64,000 nucleotides of DNA, taken from Cyanobacteriota bacterium (GTDB lineage Bacteria > Cyanobacteriota > Cyanobacteriia > Thermostichales > Thermostichaceae). The position numbers and the translations under genes were made by a program. The DNA is taken from contig JANRIL010000017.1 of assembly GCA_033764955.1 (NCBI GenBank), forward strand, positions 25,047-89,046, written 5' to 3'. The notes beneath the pieces are model-generated. The model saw only the letters and a list, made by a program, of their open reading frames with translations, was not told the DNA's origin and ran no database searches. The stretch's first letter is position 1, and the number at the start of each line of letters is the position of its first letter. This document shows positions 40,963 to 52,260 of this stretch, one piece after another.

Positions 40963-42438
40963 TTAGCGTCCTCCGACGGTGATGGCATCGACTTTGATGT
41001 GGGGTTGACCCACCGTGACGTAGATGCTGCCGCTGATCGAGCCGCAAAACCCAGCCGCTAGGCCAAGATCCTGAGAACACATGGAAATTTTATTCATAAT
41101 CTCTTGGGCTTCTCCGATCAGGGTGGCTCCCTTGAGGGGTTTGGTCAGCTTGCCCTGCTCGATCAGATAGGCTTCTTCCACGGCGAAGTTAAACTGTCCG
41201 GTGGCTCCAACACTGCCGCCCCCCATCCGCTTGCAGTAAATCCCTTTGTCAATTGAGGCAAACAAATCCTCAACCGTATACTCGCCAGGGGCGATATAAG
41301 TGTTACGCATCCGGCTGGCGGCAGCAAAGGTATAGTTTTGTCGTCGGCCACTGCCTGTGCGCGGGTGTCCGGTACGCATCGAGCCAGCCCGATCGGCAAT
41401 AAAGTTTTTAAGAATGCCGTTTTCGATCAAAAGGGTGCGCTGGGCAGGCATCCCCTCGTCATCCATATCAATCGTGCCAAAGGCCGCATCCGTCATCCCT
41501 TCGTCCCAGGCGGTCAAGCTGGGGTGGGCAATTTTTTCCCCTTTCTTGTCGGCAAATGGAGTAGTCTGCCGTTCGATCTGGGTGGTTTCTAACAAATGTC
41601 CACAGGCTTCATGAAAAATCACCCCTCCAAACTGATTCGCCATGATCACTGGATAGGTTCCCGATTCTACATAGTCGGCGTAGAGCATTTTACCCGCCGC
41701 CTCCGCCACCTCGGTTGCATCCGCTTCGGGATCCCAAGCCCGTAAAAAGGCCGGATCGCTGGTATCCCCGATTCGCTTGCCAATGGCGGCTCGATGGGAT
41801 CCATCCGCGCACAAGAGGTGACAAGCCACCGACTGAGTGAGGCGAATATCACGGGCAAAGGTACCATCACTAGCGGCTACCAACACCTCCTGCCAATCCC
41901 GAAAATAGACGGCACGGCGGGACTGCACATGGCGAGCCAGTTGCCCCAGATGACGATTGGCCTGTAACAAAATATCCCCCATCTCTTGCATCGAGCTACA
42001 GGCAGGCAACCAGAGATCTTTGCCACGGTGCAGGGCATAGTCCCGCAGTAGTTCCAGATTGACCTCCGCCACGTAACTGTGGGGATCCGGCAACGACAGC
42101 CCCATGATCGACAAGCCTTTTTCTAGGGCTGTCCGTAGTCCAGCAAAACTCAAGTCGTTAGTGCTGACATAGCAGTCACTCTCCCCCCGAAACACCCGCA
42201 CTCCCGCCCCAGTAGCCAGTCGGGGGGCGATACTGGTGATGGCGTCTTCTTCTGCCATGCAGGAAATGTAGTGATCCCGTTCTAAGAAAACCTCAATCAG
42301 ATCGGCTCCGGCGGCTCTCCCCAGACCCAACAGCTTGCTCAAGGGATCCCGCCAACTCTCGTCAAATCGAGCGACAGAAAAGGTATGGCTGTGGATGGGC
42401 AATTCTAATTCTTGCAGGCGCAGTAGGGTTGAGGTCAT
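40963..42438 (-). CDS. tldD: TldD metalloprotease
   Basis: [22 protein letters not shown] and VGQPHIKV motifs. Confidence 0.93.
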   Translation of the reverse strand: MTSTLLRLQELELPIHSHTFSVARFDESWRDPLSKLLGLGRAAGADLIEVFLERDHYISCMAEEDAITSIAPRLATGAGVRVFRGESDCYVSTNDLSFAGLRTALEKGLSIMGLSLPDPHSYVAEVNLELLRDYALHRGKDLWLPACSSMQEMGDILLQANRHLGQLARHVQSRRAVYFRDWQEVLVAASDGTFARDIRLTQSVACHLLCADGSHRAAIGKRIGDTSDPAFLRAWDPEADATEVAEAAGKMLYADYVESGTYPVIMANQFGGVIFHEACGHLLETTQIERQTTPFADKKGEKIAHPSLTAWDEGMTDAAFGTIDMDDEGMPAQRTLLIENGILKNFIADRAGSMRTGHPRTGSGRRQNYTFAAASRMRNTYIAPGEYTVEDLFASIDKGIYCKRMGGGSVGATGQFNFAVEEAYLIEQGKLTKPLKGATLIGEAQEIMNKISMCSQDLGLAAGFCGSISGSIYVTVGQPHIKVDAITVGGR

Positions 42439-42891
42439 AGCAAGCCAATCAGGAGAATCGATATCGGAGATCTAATCTGAGCTTAGTGATCCGAGCTAGT
42501 ATTCTGGACTCATATTCTAAGCTAAAGTTCTAGGCTGAAGGAGAGAGGGATCCCTAAGCTTTCGCCTAGTCTAGCGCTCTTGGTCGGCAGGTGTCAGTCC
42601 CTTTGCAGCGTCACAAATTTCTTACTTAAATTCAGTTCGGTGCCAGAGAGTTACTAGATTATGTGACTTTTCAAGTCAGAGGAGAGATTTTGTAATTTAG
42701 AGGCGCAGCATAGCTAGAGGCTCTGCAATATAAGGTATTATCCCAGGCAGAATGCAATACTTAGGATCTCCTGTTGAATAGCCACAAATTCATCATTCCA
42801 TTGACTCTCAGTCAAAAAACAATAAGTTCTAAAAAAATAGCTAATCGAAAACTTTTATTTCTCCCGTTTCATAGCATTGTGAGTCATTAAA

Positions 42892-44160
42892 ATGAAATTA
42901 CGCCCCCTTTTATCTAAAACACTTAAATATCTTTCGGTTAGCATAATAGCTCAAGCAATTAGCTTTATATGTGGAATATTAATTATTAGGATTTTAACCA
43001 AAGATGACTATGCACTACTTACTATTGCTAACTCTATTCAGGGTGCTTTGGGTGTTTTAACAGGCAGTGGAGTTGGCTCAGCGTTGACTTCAATAGGAGG
43101 TAAAATTTGGTTCAATCATTCGAGATTTAGTGAATTAATAGTGACTGCCTTAAAAACTCGCTATCTATTCGCCTTGATTGTCGGATTAGCCGGATTTCCA
43201 ATTTTAGTTCTGCTTCTCGAAAAGGTTAGCGATAATCTGATCAGCAATACAACCCTAGCAATAGTTATTTTTGCAGAGTTTGGATTTTACCTCAATTCAG
43301 GTATTTTTGTGGTCGTTCCCAGGTTGTATGGGCAAGCAGTTGAAGTGAAAAAAAATGAGCTGTATTCTTCAATATTGAGATTGATTTCACTTTTAATATT
43401 TTCTCCTTTAGGGTTATCATCTCATCTGGCAGCTTTAGCTTCTCTGATAGGCTCAGGAGCAAATACATTTGGCTTGTATAAATGGGTCAGAGAAAAAGTA
43501 GATTTTTCTGCGCCAATGAACTCAAATGATAGAGATGAAATTTACAAGCTAACAATAGCTCAATTACCCAACTCACTATTTTATGCTTTTCAAGGACAAA
43601 TAATTATTTGGTTGGTAACTGCATTTGGAAAGCCTGAGAATATAGCAGAAATAGGCGCATTGAGTCGGTTAAGTTTAGTCTTAAATATAATCAGCCAGTT
43701 TTTAGCTGATATCATACTTCCCAAATTTGCGAAACTGCAATCATATAAAAAGCTAGGAATTGCCTATTTCGCTCTGATAGCGGCTTTTTCTGCAATTGCA
43801 TTGATTTTTATATTCCTTGCAGGAATGTATCCAAAGGAGCTGCTTTGGATTTTAGGGGAAAAATATAGCACCGCAAATGAAATATTTGTATTGATTGTGG
43901 CTAAAACCATGATTAACACTATCTTGGGTGTAACCTGGCAAGTAAACGTTACTAGAGGGTGGGTGAAACGGATATGGATTTCAATACCGATGATCCTGTC
44001 GGTTCAACTGGGGCTTGTTACGATCTTAGACTTCTCTAAGGTTGCTAATGTCATTATTTTTAGTATTATTTCAATACTACCTGCTTTTGTTGTCAATATC
44101 TCCCTTACATTAATTGGGCTTAGAAACATGAGAATTGAGCAGGTGAAATCAGAGATGTAA
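42892..44160 (+). CDS. Polysaccharide flippase (Wzx-like)
   Basis: Multi-TM protein with IIRILTKDDYA N-terminal pattern; AT-rich; first gene of a sugar cluster. Confidence 0.75.
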   Translation: MKLRPLLSKTLKYLSVSIIAQAISFICGILIIRILTKDDYALLTIANSIQGALGVLTGSGVGSALTSIGGKIWFNHSRFSELIVTALKTRYLFALIVGLAGFPILVLLLEKVSDNLISNTTLAIVIFAEFGFYLNSGIFVVVPRLYGQAVEVKKNELYSSILRLISLLIFSPLGLSSHLAALASLIGSGANTFGLYKWVREKVDFSAPMNSNDRDEIYKLTIAQLPNSLFYAFQGQIIIWLVTAFGKPENIAEIGALSRLSLVLNIISQFLADIILPKFAKLQSYKKLGIAYFALIAAFSAIALIFIFLAGMYPKELLWILGEKYSTANEIFVLIVAKTMINTILGVTWQVNVTRGWVKRIWISIPMILSVQLGLVTILDFSKVANVIIFSIISILPAFVVNISLTLIGLRNMRIEQVKSEM

Positions 44161-44194
44161 AATTTGGTTAGCGATTAAGGATGGCAAGGTCAAC

Positions 44195-45133
44195 ATGAGT
44201 AATAAGCTTAACTGTCCAGCTTGCAATCTGAGTGATAGTCTTCCACTAGAAATGGTAGAAACCAGTCACCAGCATCACATGTATCTACCCAATTCAAAAG
44301 CAATTCAGGAACAGTTAAATAATTCCTTAACAGTAAGAGAATATCAGATGCAGCAATGCTCAAATTGCGGATTGGAATTTGCAAATCCCTTACATTCTCC
44401 TTCTGCAAATTGGTATTCGCTACTTTATGAAAATCTTAATCTTTACGTTAAGCATCGATGGGAATTTGACTTTGTTGTGCAAAGTTGCCCACCAGATAAA
44501 AGTATCTATGAGTTTGGTTGTGGTAGCGGTCAGTTTCTAAAGCTTTGCCAAAAATCTGGACTAGACTGCTACGGATTTGATTTCTCAGAGACGGCTGTAG
44601 ACGACTGTCTTTCAACAGGGTTGAATGCTTCACTGTTCAATCTCAACTCTGACGAAGCTCTGCTTAGCTATCATTCAAAACGTTCTGTCTTTGCAGCTTT
44701 TCATGTACTTGAACACCTTGAAAATCCAGGGTGGTTATTTAATATTGCTAATTTATTATCTACTCCACAGGCTACTCTCTGGATTGCTGTGCCAAGCTTA
44801 AATCGACCAAGTCGTTATTATAGAAAAGTGGATCCATTAGATCAACCTCCTCATCATTTAACTCGCTGGACTTATCATGCTTTTGAGAATATTGGATCCC
44901 GATATGGATGGCAGCTTTCCAAACTACATTTTTCACCCATCACCATGCCAACACGTCTTTGGTGGTATACAAGAGAGACGGCAGTCTATCGGTGGATTTG
45001 TGATAACATAGCTTCGCGTGGCACTGAGAGATTGATTCGTTATTTTATTTATCCTATTGCTTTTATCCAGGATTTCAAAATCAGAAACCTTATTACTGGA
45101 GATTCAATGCTGGCAGAATTTACCAAAACCTAG
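44195..45133 (+). CDS. Class I SAM-dependent methyltransferase with N-terminal Cys pairs
   Basis: CPAC...CSNC, EFGCGSG, FHVLEH and PPHH motifs. Confidence 0.85.
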   Translation: MSNKLNCPACNLSDSLPLEMVETSHQHHMYLPNSKAIQEQLNNSLTVREYQMQQCSNCGLEFANPLHSPSANWYSLLYENLNLYVKHRWEFDFVVQSCPPDKSIYEFGCGSGQFLKLCQKSGLDCYGFDFSETAVDDCLSTGLNASLFNLNSDEALLSYHSKRSVFAAFHVLEHLENPGWLFNIANLLSTPQATLWIAVPSLNRPSRYYRKVDPLDQPPHHLTRWTYHAFENIGSRYGWQLSKLHFSPITMPTRLWWYTRETAVYRWICDNIASRGTERLIRYFIYPIAFIQDFKIRNLITGDSMLAEFTKT

Positions 45134-45185
45134 TGCTAATTCATAGTTTCTAGTGTTATCTATATTCAGGACTGAGGAGGTCAAC

Positions 45186-46118
45186 ATGGTGGCCGTTGCT
45201 TGTACCCTTTACGAAGGTCATTATCATTATGGTGTCGGAGCGCTTGCTAACTCTCTCTATACTCACGGGTATCGAGGAAATTTTTGGGTTGGATATCGAG
45301 GAGAGTTACCCTTTTGGGCTACCAATGTGGCGGCTATGGAGAGTTACTCTAAATTCTCCGTGAAACCTGATTTTTCAATTTGCTTTGTTCCTCTTGAAAC
45401 TACCATCCATTTTACCAACTACAAACCTAACTTCATGCTGCAAGTATGGGAGCAATTCGATCCATCAATTGAGTCCCTAATTTATATTGATCCTGATATC
45501 ACTATCAAATGTCGCTGGTCATTTTTTGATGAATGGGTGAAAAGAGGAATTGCTCTATGTCAAGATGTTAATATTACCTTAAATGCTGATCATCCATTTC
45601 GATATATTTGGAAAGACTATGCTGAGAAATTGGGATTTGGCATTGTACGATCACATGATTATTATTTCAATGGGGGCTTTGTTGGAATTTATGGAGAGTA
45701 TAAATCATTTCTGAATCTTTGGAGTGACTTGATTGGCAACTTATCTCAGCTTAATATAAAGATTGATTTATCGAAATTTATGCAAGGTGACGGGAGCCAC
45801 CCCTTTGTTTCCGCAGATCAAAATACTCTAAATTTAATGTCAATGTTAACTCCGTTTCCTCTTAGTACAATTGGGTCAGAAGGTATGGATTTCTCTAGAT
45901 ATGGATTTACAATGTCTCATGCTATAGGTTCTCCAAAACCTTGGATTAAAAATTATCTTTGGTCAGCACTGGATGGATATCCACCAACACGGGCAGACCA
46001 AAACTTTTGGAATTATACTCAGTCGCCCATTAAGCTCTACAGTTCCATCTTTTCTGCATGGAAAAAAAGAGAGTTGAGCATGGCTAAAGCTTTTGCTAGA
46101 TTTTATGGAAGAAGATAG
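45186..46118 (+). CDS. Putative GT-A fold glycosyltransferase (GT8-like)
   Basis: YIDPD (DxD), FNGGF, DQNTLN and H...KPW motifs; GAGGAGG RBS before ATG 45186. Confidence 0.65.
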   Translation: MVAVACTLYEGHYHYGVGALANSLYTHGYRGNFWVGYRGELPFWATNVAAMESYSKFSVKPDFSICFVPLETTIHFTNYKPNFMLQVWEQFDPSIESLIYIDPDITIKCRWSFFDEWVKRGIALCQDVNITLNADHPFRYIWKDYAEKLGFGIVRSHDYYFNGGFVGIYGEYKSFLNLWSDLIGNLSQLNIKIDLSKFMQGDGSHPFVSADQNTLNLMSMLTPFPLSTIGSEGMDFSRYGFTMSHAIGSPKPWIKNYLWSALDGYPPTRADQNFWNYTQSPIKLYSSIFSAWKKRELSMAKAFARFYGRR

Positions 46119-46165
46119 TTTGATATCAAGTGTTTAATCAGCCATGTAGTTTTGCATCGTAAGCT

Positions 46166-46717
46166 ATGAATTTCCTTAAGAAAGTTCGACTAATTTTACG
46201 AGAGGGCAATCTGTATTTATCAAATTACTTGATATCAAAAATTCCATTTTTTCTAATAAGAAAAGTTTGGTATAGGCATCTTTTAGGTATTAAGATAGGT
46301 AGAGATAGTTCTATTTTTATGGGTGCTTATTTTTATACTAAAGGAAATTTTGAGATGCAAAATAACTCCGTTATCAATCAAAACTGTCGTCTTGATAATC
46401 GCGGAGGAATTTTTATTGGGAAAAATGTGTCAATATCGGCGGAAGTAACTATCTTAACGGCTGACCATGATATGAGGTCTCCTACCTTCTCCGGCAGAGT
46501 CAAGGGAGTTCGGATTGAAGATTATGTTTTTATTGGTACTCGTGCTCTAATCCTACCTGGAGTGACTCTCGAAGTTGGTTCTGCGGTGGGAGCTGGATCC
46601 GTAGTAGTAAAGAGTATTCCACCTTATGAAATCCATGCAGGTGTGCCCGCACGAAAAATTGGGATGCGGCCAGAAAATCTTTCTTATACTCTTAAGCATA
46701 TAAGAATATTTCATTAG
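46166..46717 (+). CDS. Hexapeptide-repeat O-acetyltransferase
   Basis: IGKNVSIS, TADHD, IEDYVFIG and GAGSVV...GVPAR motifs. Confidence 0.9.
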   Translation: MNFLKKVRLILREGNLYLSNYLISKIPFFLIRKVWYRHLLGIKIGRDSSIFMGAYFYTKGNFEMQNNSVINQNCRLDNRGGIFIGKNVSISAEVTILTADHDMRSPTFSGRVKGVRIEDYVFIGTRALILPGVTLEVGSAVGAGSVVVKSIPPYEIHAGVPARKIGMRPENLSYTLKHIRIFH

Positions 46718-46726
46718 TCTATATTT

Positions 46727-47686
46727 TTAGTGGGTTGTTTTAATCTTGGTTTCGGTCATTAGTTTAATGATTTGTGGAGCTTGATTGACTGCTTGCCAGT
46801 TCAAAAGGGTTTTAGCCAACGAGGGATCCCCTTGGCTGATGCTGATGTCGCTGGGTCTAAACAGTTTACTATCACTGGTAACATGCTCTTGCCAATTCAA
46901 ATTAAAGTAACCAAAAGCTATTGCCACAAATTCTTGTAATGAATAGGATTTTCCGGTGGCGATCACAAAATCGTGGGGTTGATCCTGCTGTAACATTAAG
47001 TACATGGCTTCCACATATTCCGGTGCCCATCCCCAATCTCTTTGGATATCTAAATTTCCTAAGACCAGTTTCTCAGGGGATCCCTGAGCAATACGACAGG
47101 CGGCGGTGATAATTTTTTGGGTGACAAAACGTTCCGGTCGGAGGGGGGAATCGTGATTAAATAAGATGCCATTACAAGCAAATAAGCCGTAGGCATCTCG
47201 ATAATTGGTAACTGTCCAAAAAGCGGTGGCTTTTGCAACTGCATAAGGGCTGCGAGGATAAAAGGGAGTTTTTTCGTTGGCTGGTGTGGGGGTATTTCCG
47301 AAACACTCGCTTGATCCAGCCTGATAAAAGCGAATTGGTTTGCCAATAAAGCGGATCCCTTCTAGCAGATTGAGGGTTCCAATAGCAATACTTTCTAGAG
47401 TTTCAACTGGTTGCTCAAAAGAAAGTCCGACGGAGCTTTGTCCTGCTAAATTATAAATTTCATCTGGTTGCACACGATGGATTCCCTGCAAAACACTACG
47501 GAAATCATTGAGGGAAATCGAAAGAGTTTTTACTTGTGAACGGATCCCTAATCTCTCTAGATTACGAAAGGAAGATATTTCAGCATCCCGCGAGGATCCC
47601 CAAACAATATAGCCTTTTTGTAGCAATAATTGAGCGAGATAGGCTCCATCTTGACCGGAGACTCCCGTGATCAGAGCAGTCGTCAT
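46727..47686 (-). CDS. gmd: GDP-mannose 4,6-dehydratase
   Basis: ALITGVSGQDGAYLA, SPYAVAK, ILFNH and RDWG motifs. Confidence 0.92.
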   Translation of the reverse strand: MTTALITGVSGQDGAYLAQLLLQKGYIVWGSSRDAEISSFRNLERLGIRSQVKTLSISLNDFRSVLQGIHRVQPDEIYNLAGQSSVGLSFEQPVETLESIAIGTLNLLEGIRFIGKPIRFYQAGSSECFGNTPTPANEKTPFYPRSPYAVAKATAFWTVTNYRDAYGLFACNGILFNHDSPLRPERFVTQKIITAACRIAQGSPEKLVLGNLDIQRDWGWAPEYVEAMYLMLQQDQPHDFVIATGKSYSLQEFVAIAFGYFNLNWQEHVTSDSKLFRPSDISISQGDPSLAKTLLNWQAVNQAPQIIKLMTETKIKTTH

Positions 47687-47804
47687 TTCCTTTCACCCTT
47701 CTTTTCTCTCTACATGGCTAGCGGCTACTTTAATTGATGTAATACCTATCTAAAAGAGATTAGCCTGACAAGCCATTTTTGTCCTTATCTACCTAGCTAT
47801 CTGC

Positions 47805-48881
47805 CTAGCTTTCCACATAATTGAGAATGGCTTCCGCAATAGCTCGGTTGCCTCCTAAGGGTAGCTGATCAGGCGCTGAGGGATCCCGAAAGGGCTGCTC
47901 TAAAAATGTCCAGGGTTGTTCTAAAAATGTGCTTGGATGCAAAATTTGATGCCGACCGAATTGTTGCAAGCCTGCCAGTAGATAGGGGGCTTCCGCAAAA
48001 CCAAAGCGCTCCAGACAGGTGACAGGGATCCCTAACCGCAGAGCTTCCGAGAGCGTACCATAGCCCGGTTTCGTGATAATTTGGCGGCAAACGGGCATGA
48101 CATCAACAGGACGCCAGGTTTGACTGGATAAGGGAATGAGATTGGGCAGGGCAGGAGCTTGGGTGTCAAAGGTTAAAAACTGCCAATCAGGATAAGCCGC
48201 AAGCTGCTGATAAGGAAAATGCTGTAGCCCCAAACCGCCGAAGGTCAACAACACTGTCGGTCGATGGGACTCAAGGGACAACTCCGCTTGCACCTGATCA
48301 GGCGGATAGAGCGGTTCTGCTCCTGTCAGTCCGACCGCCTGCTGATGGGGGAACCCAGGCATCGGGGCATGGAGTGGTAGGCGGAACAAGCGATCCGATT
48401 GCCCATACAGATGTTGGATCCATTCCACGTAGGGACGAAAGGGATCCCCATACTCTTGATAGATAAAGTCCCAGCCAAAGTTGCCCACCATCCAACAGGG
48501 GATCCCTGCGGCTTGAGCAATGGCACTGGCTAAGGGGGGAATATCGGCGACGACGAGGCGAACTCGATTGGTTTGGATAAAACTTACTTCTTCGGCGATG
48601 CGTTGAGCGGCTTGCTGCTTGAGGGCGGCCAGTTGTTCTAGGGTTGCTGGCAAATCCATCCGCAGTCCATCCGCTTGAATCACCCCGATGTCAAGACGGC
48701 GGGGACGGTGCAAAAAGTCCCCTTTGACGTAATCAGCCAGCAGCCAGTGGGGGGCAGGGGTAACAAAAATCGGCAGAATATCGGGATGTAAGCGTAGCAG
48801 CGTATCGAGCACGGCGGCGGTACGGCTGACATGCCCGAAACCGTGGGCAGTAATCGCCACGTAGATAGGGATTTTTTTCAT
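47805..48881 (-). CDS. GT-B fold glycosyltransferase-like protein
   Basis: HGFGHVSR, NFGWD and ITKPGYGTLSE motifs; start at ATG 48881. Confidence 0.8.
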   Translation of the reverse strand: MKKIPIYVAITAHGFGHVSRTAAVLDTLLRLHPDILPIFVTPAPHWLLADYVKGDFLHRPRRLDIGVIQADGLRMDLPATLEQLAALKQQAAQRIAEEVSFIQTNRVRLVVADIPPLASAIAQAAGIPCWMVGNFGWDFIYQEYGDPFRPYVEWIQHLYGQSDRLFRLPLHAPMPGFPHQQAVGLTGAEPLYPPDQVQAELSLESHRPTVLLTFGGLGLQHFPYQQLAAYPDWQFLTFDTQAPALPNLIPLSSQTWRPVDVMPVCRQIITKPGYGTLSEALRLGIPVTCLERFGFAEAPYLLAGLQQFGRHQILHPSTFLEQPWTFLEQPFRDPSAPDQLPLGGNRAIAEAILNYVES

Positions 48882-49765
48882 GGGGAAGAGGAAGCGATGC
48901 GCGCTTGCCAAAGAATACCCACAATGATCAATCCTAAACCGACAATCGAACCCGGCAAAATCGGTTCCTGTAAAATCCAGGAAATGAGCGCCAACGACAG
49001 AAAAGGAGCCAAATACACCCAATTCGCAATGGCTGCTCGCTGAGTTGCTAAATCGAGCGCCCGCAACCAACAGACAAAGGTGAGTCCCATCTCAGCCGTT
49101 CCCACGTAAAAACTCAAACCCACTTCAGGCAGGGTCAGCCAGCGGACTTCTCCCCAGCCCAGCCAGAGCAGGCCACTAAAAAGGCTGCCCCAGGCAAATC
49201 CCATCCACAACTTGATCACGCCATCGCGGGGATCCCGTACATTGACCAGCCAATAGAGCGCCCAAATTCCAGAGCTAGCCAGCGCTAGCCCTACCCCCAC
49301 GGGATCCCTCACCTCTAGGCTGGCTAATGCGCCTCCGGTCGCAATCAAGATCACCCCGACTAAACTCAGCCCAATCGCCCCCAGCGTTCTGGCTCGTAAC
49401 CGTTCCCCCAAGATCGGCACAGCCAACAGAGCCAGCATCAACGGCCAGGTATAATTTAAGGCTAAAGCGGCCTGAGCAGGCAGGCGATCATAGGCTTGTA
49501 GCAAGACTAGGTAATAGGCAGAGGGATTTAGGGATCCCTGAAGGGCAGAGAGCGCCACCTCACGAAAGGACTGTTGGCCTAAAAGTGCCCATTTCCCTTC
49601 GGCTATCACCACCCCCATCAGCACCCCCAGAGAAGCCAAACTGGCAGCAGCTAGCAACTGGAGGGGATCGAGGGTTTGCAGAGCCAACTTAAAGGCGCTA
49701 GCCGCTGTAGCCCAGCCACAAACCGCCAACAGGGCATAGGCATAGGCTTGCTGAGAGCGGCTCAA
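48878..49765 (-). CDS. DMT/EamA family transporter
   Basis: WATAASAFK and LNYTWPL motifs; about 10 TM segments; start probably TTG 49765. Confidence 0.85.
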   Translation of the reverse strand: MSRSQQAYAYALLAVCGWATAASAFKLALQTLDPLQLLAAASLASLGVLMGVVIAEGKWALLGQQSFREVALSALQGSLNPSAYYLVLLQAYDRLPAQAALALNYTWPLMLALLAVPILGERLRARTLGAIGLSLVGVILIATGGALASLEVRDPVGVGLALASSGIWALYWLVNVRDPRDGVIKLWMGFAWGSLFSGLLWLGWGEVRWLTLPEVGLSFYVGTAEMGLTFVCWLRALDLATQRAAIANWVYLAPFLSLALISWILQEPILPGSIVGLGLIIVGILWQARIASSSP

Positions 49766-49770
49766 CCCCC

Positions 49771-50145
49771 TCACCAATCCCAAGTATCCTCTGCGGATGA
49801 GGTCGTTTTGGGGGGGGCAGGCTTGATCAACCCCAAACGGGGAGCCACCACCCAACGGAAGAGGACTAACCCCAGCCCTACCACCAGCAGCAGACCCAAT
49901 AGCCGCCGCAACAGTCCCAGGGCTAAAGCAACCCCAGCCACACAGAGCAAAATCACCAGCCCAATCCCCAGTGGACGACCCCAACGACCCAACTTCTGCC
50001 AGAGTTGAGGGGGAGGTTCTTTGGCTTGCGGAGTCACTTGCGGATCGGCATTCGACAAGGAAGCACCCGACAACGCACTGGGAGTTTGTTGGGCAATTTC
50101 TAGCTCCAGTTGTCGCAAACGCTCAAGATCGGAGGGAGAAGCCAT
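49771..50145 (-). CDS. Membrane hypothetical protein
   Basis: ERLRQLELEI followed by two TM helices. Confidence 0.6.
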   Translation of the reverse strand: MASPSDLERLRQLELEIAQQTPSALSGASLSNADPQVTPQAKEPPPQLWQKLGRWGRPLGIGLVILLCVAGVALALGLLRRLLGLLLVVGLGLVLFRWVVAPRLGLIKPAPPKTTSSAEDTWDW

Positions 50146-50348
50146 AAAAACCTCAGGGCGATCTACGGTTGTCTCAGTTTAGCTTGAGAGATTGGCTGAA
50201 GGGAGCTAGAGGATAGAGATAGATGAGGTGGTTAACCCTTGATGAGTAGCAGATACTCAACAGAAAAGCAGCAGAAAAGCCAGAGATCGCTAGCCATGAG
50301 GGTGGCTGGGATCCCTGCCTAATCTTGTTGTGGGAAAAGGGGTTGAGC

Positions 50349-50552
50349 CTATGAACTGAGGGATTCCCAGGAAACACGAATGTCTTCCAAGACAAGGGAA
50401 CGGTTATAGATCTGCAAAATAATCAACAAAAAGACTGCAAACAGACCCATAAAAACAGCCATCACAGGAGTCGTGCCCCAGCCGGGAGAGACTTTGCCAT
50501 ACTCAGAATTAAGAGGGCGGAGAAGATTACCCAATTTGGTGTTAATTGCCAT
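50349..50552 (-). CDS. psbH: Photosystem II subunit H
   Basis: [21 protein letters not shown] motif. Confidence 0.97.
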   Translation of the reverse strand: MAINTKLGNLLRPLNSEYGKVSPGWGTTPVMAVFMGLFAVFLLIILQIYNRSLVLEDIRVSWESLSS

Positions 50553-50696
50553 AGCTCACTCAGCTTAATAAAGGAAGTTTCAGGAAGCTAACGATTCGTA
50601 ATCTAAAGCTACCAGAGGTTGGTAACCCCCGTGGCTTCTGTTCTGAAATTGTAAACTTGTGTAATAGTAGTAGGAAGCAGTTCTCAGAAATTGACC

Positions 50697-50828
50697 ATGG
50701 AACCCACCACCTCGCTGATCATCGGCATGGCCGCTGTCGTGATTTGTATCACCGCTTTCGCTATCTACACAGCCTTTGGTCCGCCTGCCAAAGAGCTGAA
50801 GGATCCCTACGAGATGCACGAAGATTAA
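50697..50828 (+). CDS. psbN: PsbN (absent from the ORF track, 43 aa)
   Basis: Manual translation MEPTTSLIIGMAAVVICITAFAIYTAFGPPAKELKDPYEMHED; divergent from psbH as usual. Confidence 0.95.
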   Translation: MEPTTSLIIGMAAVVICITAFAIYTAFGPPAKELKDPYEMHED

Positions 50829-50897
50829 GCTGAACCTGCTCTCCCTCAAGATAGAAGCTATCCTAGAGACGATTCTCTCCGAGAGAGGCTGCCTTCC

Positions 50898-51278
50898 ATG
50901 TCAGATCACCCCTCCACCGGGATCCCAGAAATTCTGCGCCCCTATGGCAAAGTGACGGTGTTGGAGGAGGGATCCCATTACCGGATCAAGCGAGTCGTGA
51001 TCGATCCCCATCCGGTCGGGCAAATGACCTATCACCTCCACCATCATCGCAGTGAACATTGGATTGTTGTGGCCGGAACGGTTTTGGTGGTTTGTGATGA
51101 CTGTGAGCAGCTTGTCACCACCGGACAGTCTACCTACGTTCCTCCCTGCACTCCCCATCGCTTGATCAATCCGGGGGTTTTGCCCGCTCAACTGGTGGAA
51201 ATTCAAAATGGGGAATACCTGGGGGAAGATGACATGCAGGTGGTAGATTTTGAGGCGTATCGTCCCGTTTTGCCATAG
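50898..51278 (+). CDS. Phosphomannose isomerase type II C-terminal cupin domain protein
   Basis: RPYG, HHHRSEHWIVV, HRL and EIQNGEYLGEDD motifs. Confidence 0.9.
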   Translation: MSDHPSTGIPEILRPYGKVTVLEEGSHYRIKRVVIDPHPVGQMTYHLHHHRSEHWIVVAGTVLVVCDDCEQLVTTGQSTYVPPCTPHRLINPGVLPAQLVEIQNGEYLGEDDMQVVDFEAYRPVLP

Positions 51279-51379
51279 TTTTTTGGGGGTATTGGGGTTC
51301 AGAACATTTCTCCTGAACTGCCCAATAACTAGCCCCTCACCCGATCTTCTCAGCGACGTTCTCAGCTCAGGCCATTGGC

Positions 51380-52240
51380 ATGATTCATTCTGCACCCTCC
51401 GTTTCTCTCCCCATTCATAAGTACCACGGCTTAGGCAATGACTTTGTTTTGTTGGATAATCGCCAACAGCCTGAGTTGTTGATCACCCCTCAACAGGTCA
51501 TCCAAATCTGTGACCGTCGCTTTGGAGTGGGGGCAGATGGCGTGATTTTTCTCTTGCCCAGTCAGTCAGGATCCGATTTCACGATGCGGATCATCAACAG
51601 CGATGGCTCGGAACCAGAGATGTGCGGGAATGGGATTCGCTGCCTAGCCCAATTTCTGGGAGATCTTGGGGTGAAATCTTCCACCTATCGCATCCATACC
51701 CTGGCTGGAGAAATGGTCTTGCAGGTGGCTGAAGAGGGTCGGATTACGGTTGATATGGGAGTGCCCCATCTGCTGGCGGCAGAAATTCCGACCACCTTGG
51801 CAACCTCCAGCGATAAGGTGATTGAACAGCCCCTTTGGGTTGCTGGGCAAACCTGGTCAGTCACCTGTGTCAGTATGGGCAATCCTCACTGTGTGACATT
51901 TTTGCCGGAGATTGCCAGCCTTGACTTGGCGGCCATTGGTCCACAATTTGAGCATCATCCTGTCTTCCCGAAACGGACAAATACGGAGTTTGTCAAGGTC
52001 GTGAGCCGTAACCATCTGCAAATGCGGGTCTGGGAACGGGGAGCCGGAGCAACCCTAGCCTGTGGTACGGGGGCTTGTGCGGTGCTAGTGGCTGCCGTCC
52101 TAACCCAGCAGGCGGAGCGGCAAGCGGTGGTGGAGTTGCCGGGGGGATCCCTACGCATCGAGTGGAACCCGGAGAACGAGCATGTTTTTATGACCGGACC
52201 AGCCCAACATGTCTTCAGCGGCGTCTATGATTTGGTCTAA
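51380..52240 (+). CDS. dapF: Diaminopimelate epimerase
   Basis: HGLGNDF, EMCGNGIRC, MGNPH and ERGAGATLACGTG motifs. Confidence 0.97.
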   Translation: MIHSAPSVSLPIHKYHGLGNDFVLLDNRQQPELLITPQQVIQICDRRFGVGADGVIFLLPSQSGSDFTMRIINSDGSEPEMCGNGIRCLAQFLGDLGVKSSTYRIHTLAGEMVLQVAEEGRITVDMGVPHLLAAEIPTTLATSSDKVIEQPLWVAGQTWSVTCVSMGNPHCVTFLPEIASLDLAAIGPQFEHHPVFPKRTNTEFVKVVSRNHLQMRVWERGAGATLACGTGACAVLVAAVLTQQAERQAVVELPGGSLRIEWNPENEHVFMTGPAQHVFSGVYDLV

Positions 52241-52260
52241 GCTACCCCTTCTTCGATTGG

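Noticed and set aside
50598..50612. GTA...TAC between psbH and psbN as an NtcA site
   Set aside because: The spacer is 9 nt, not 8.
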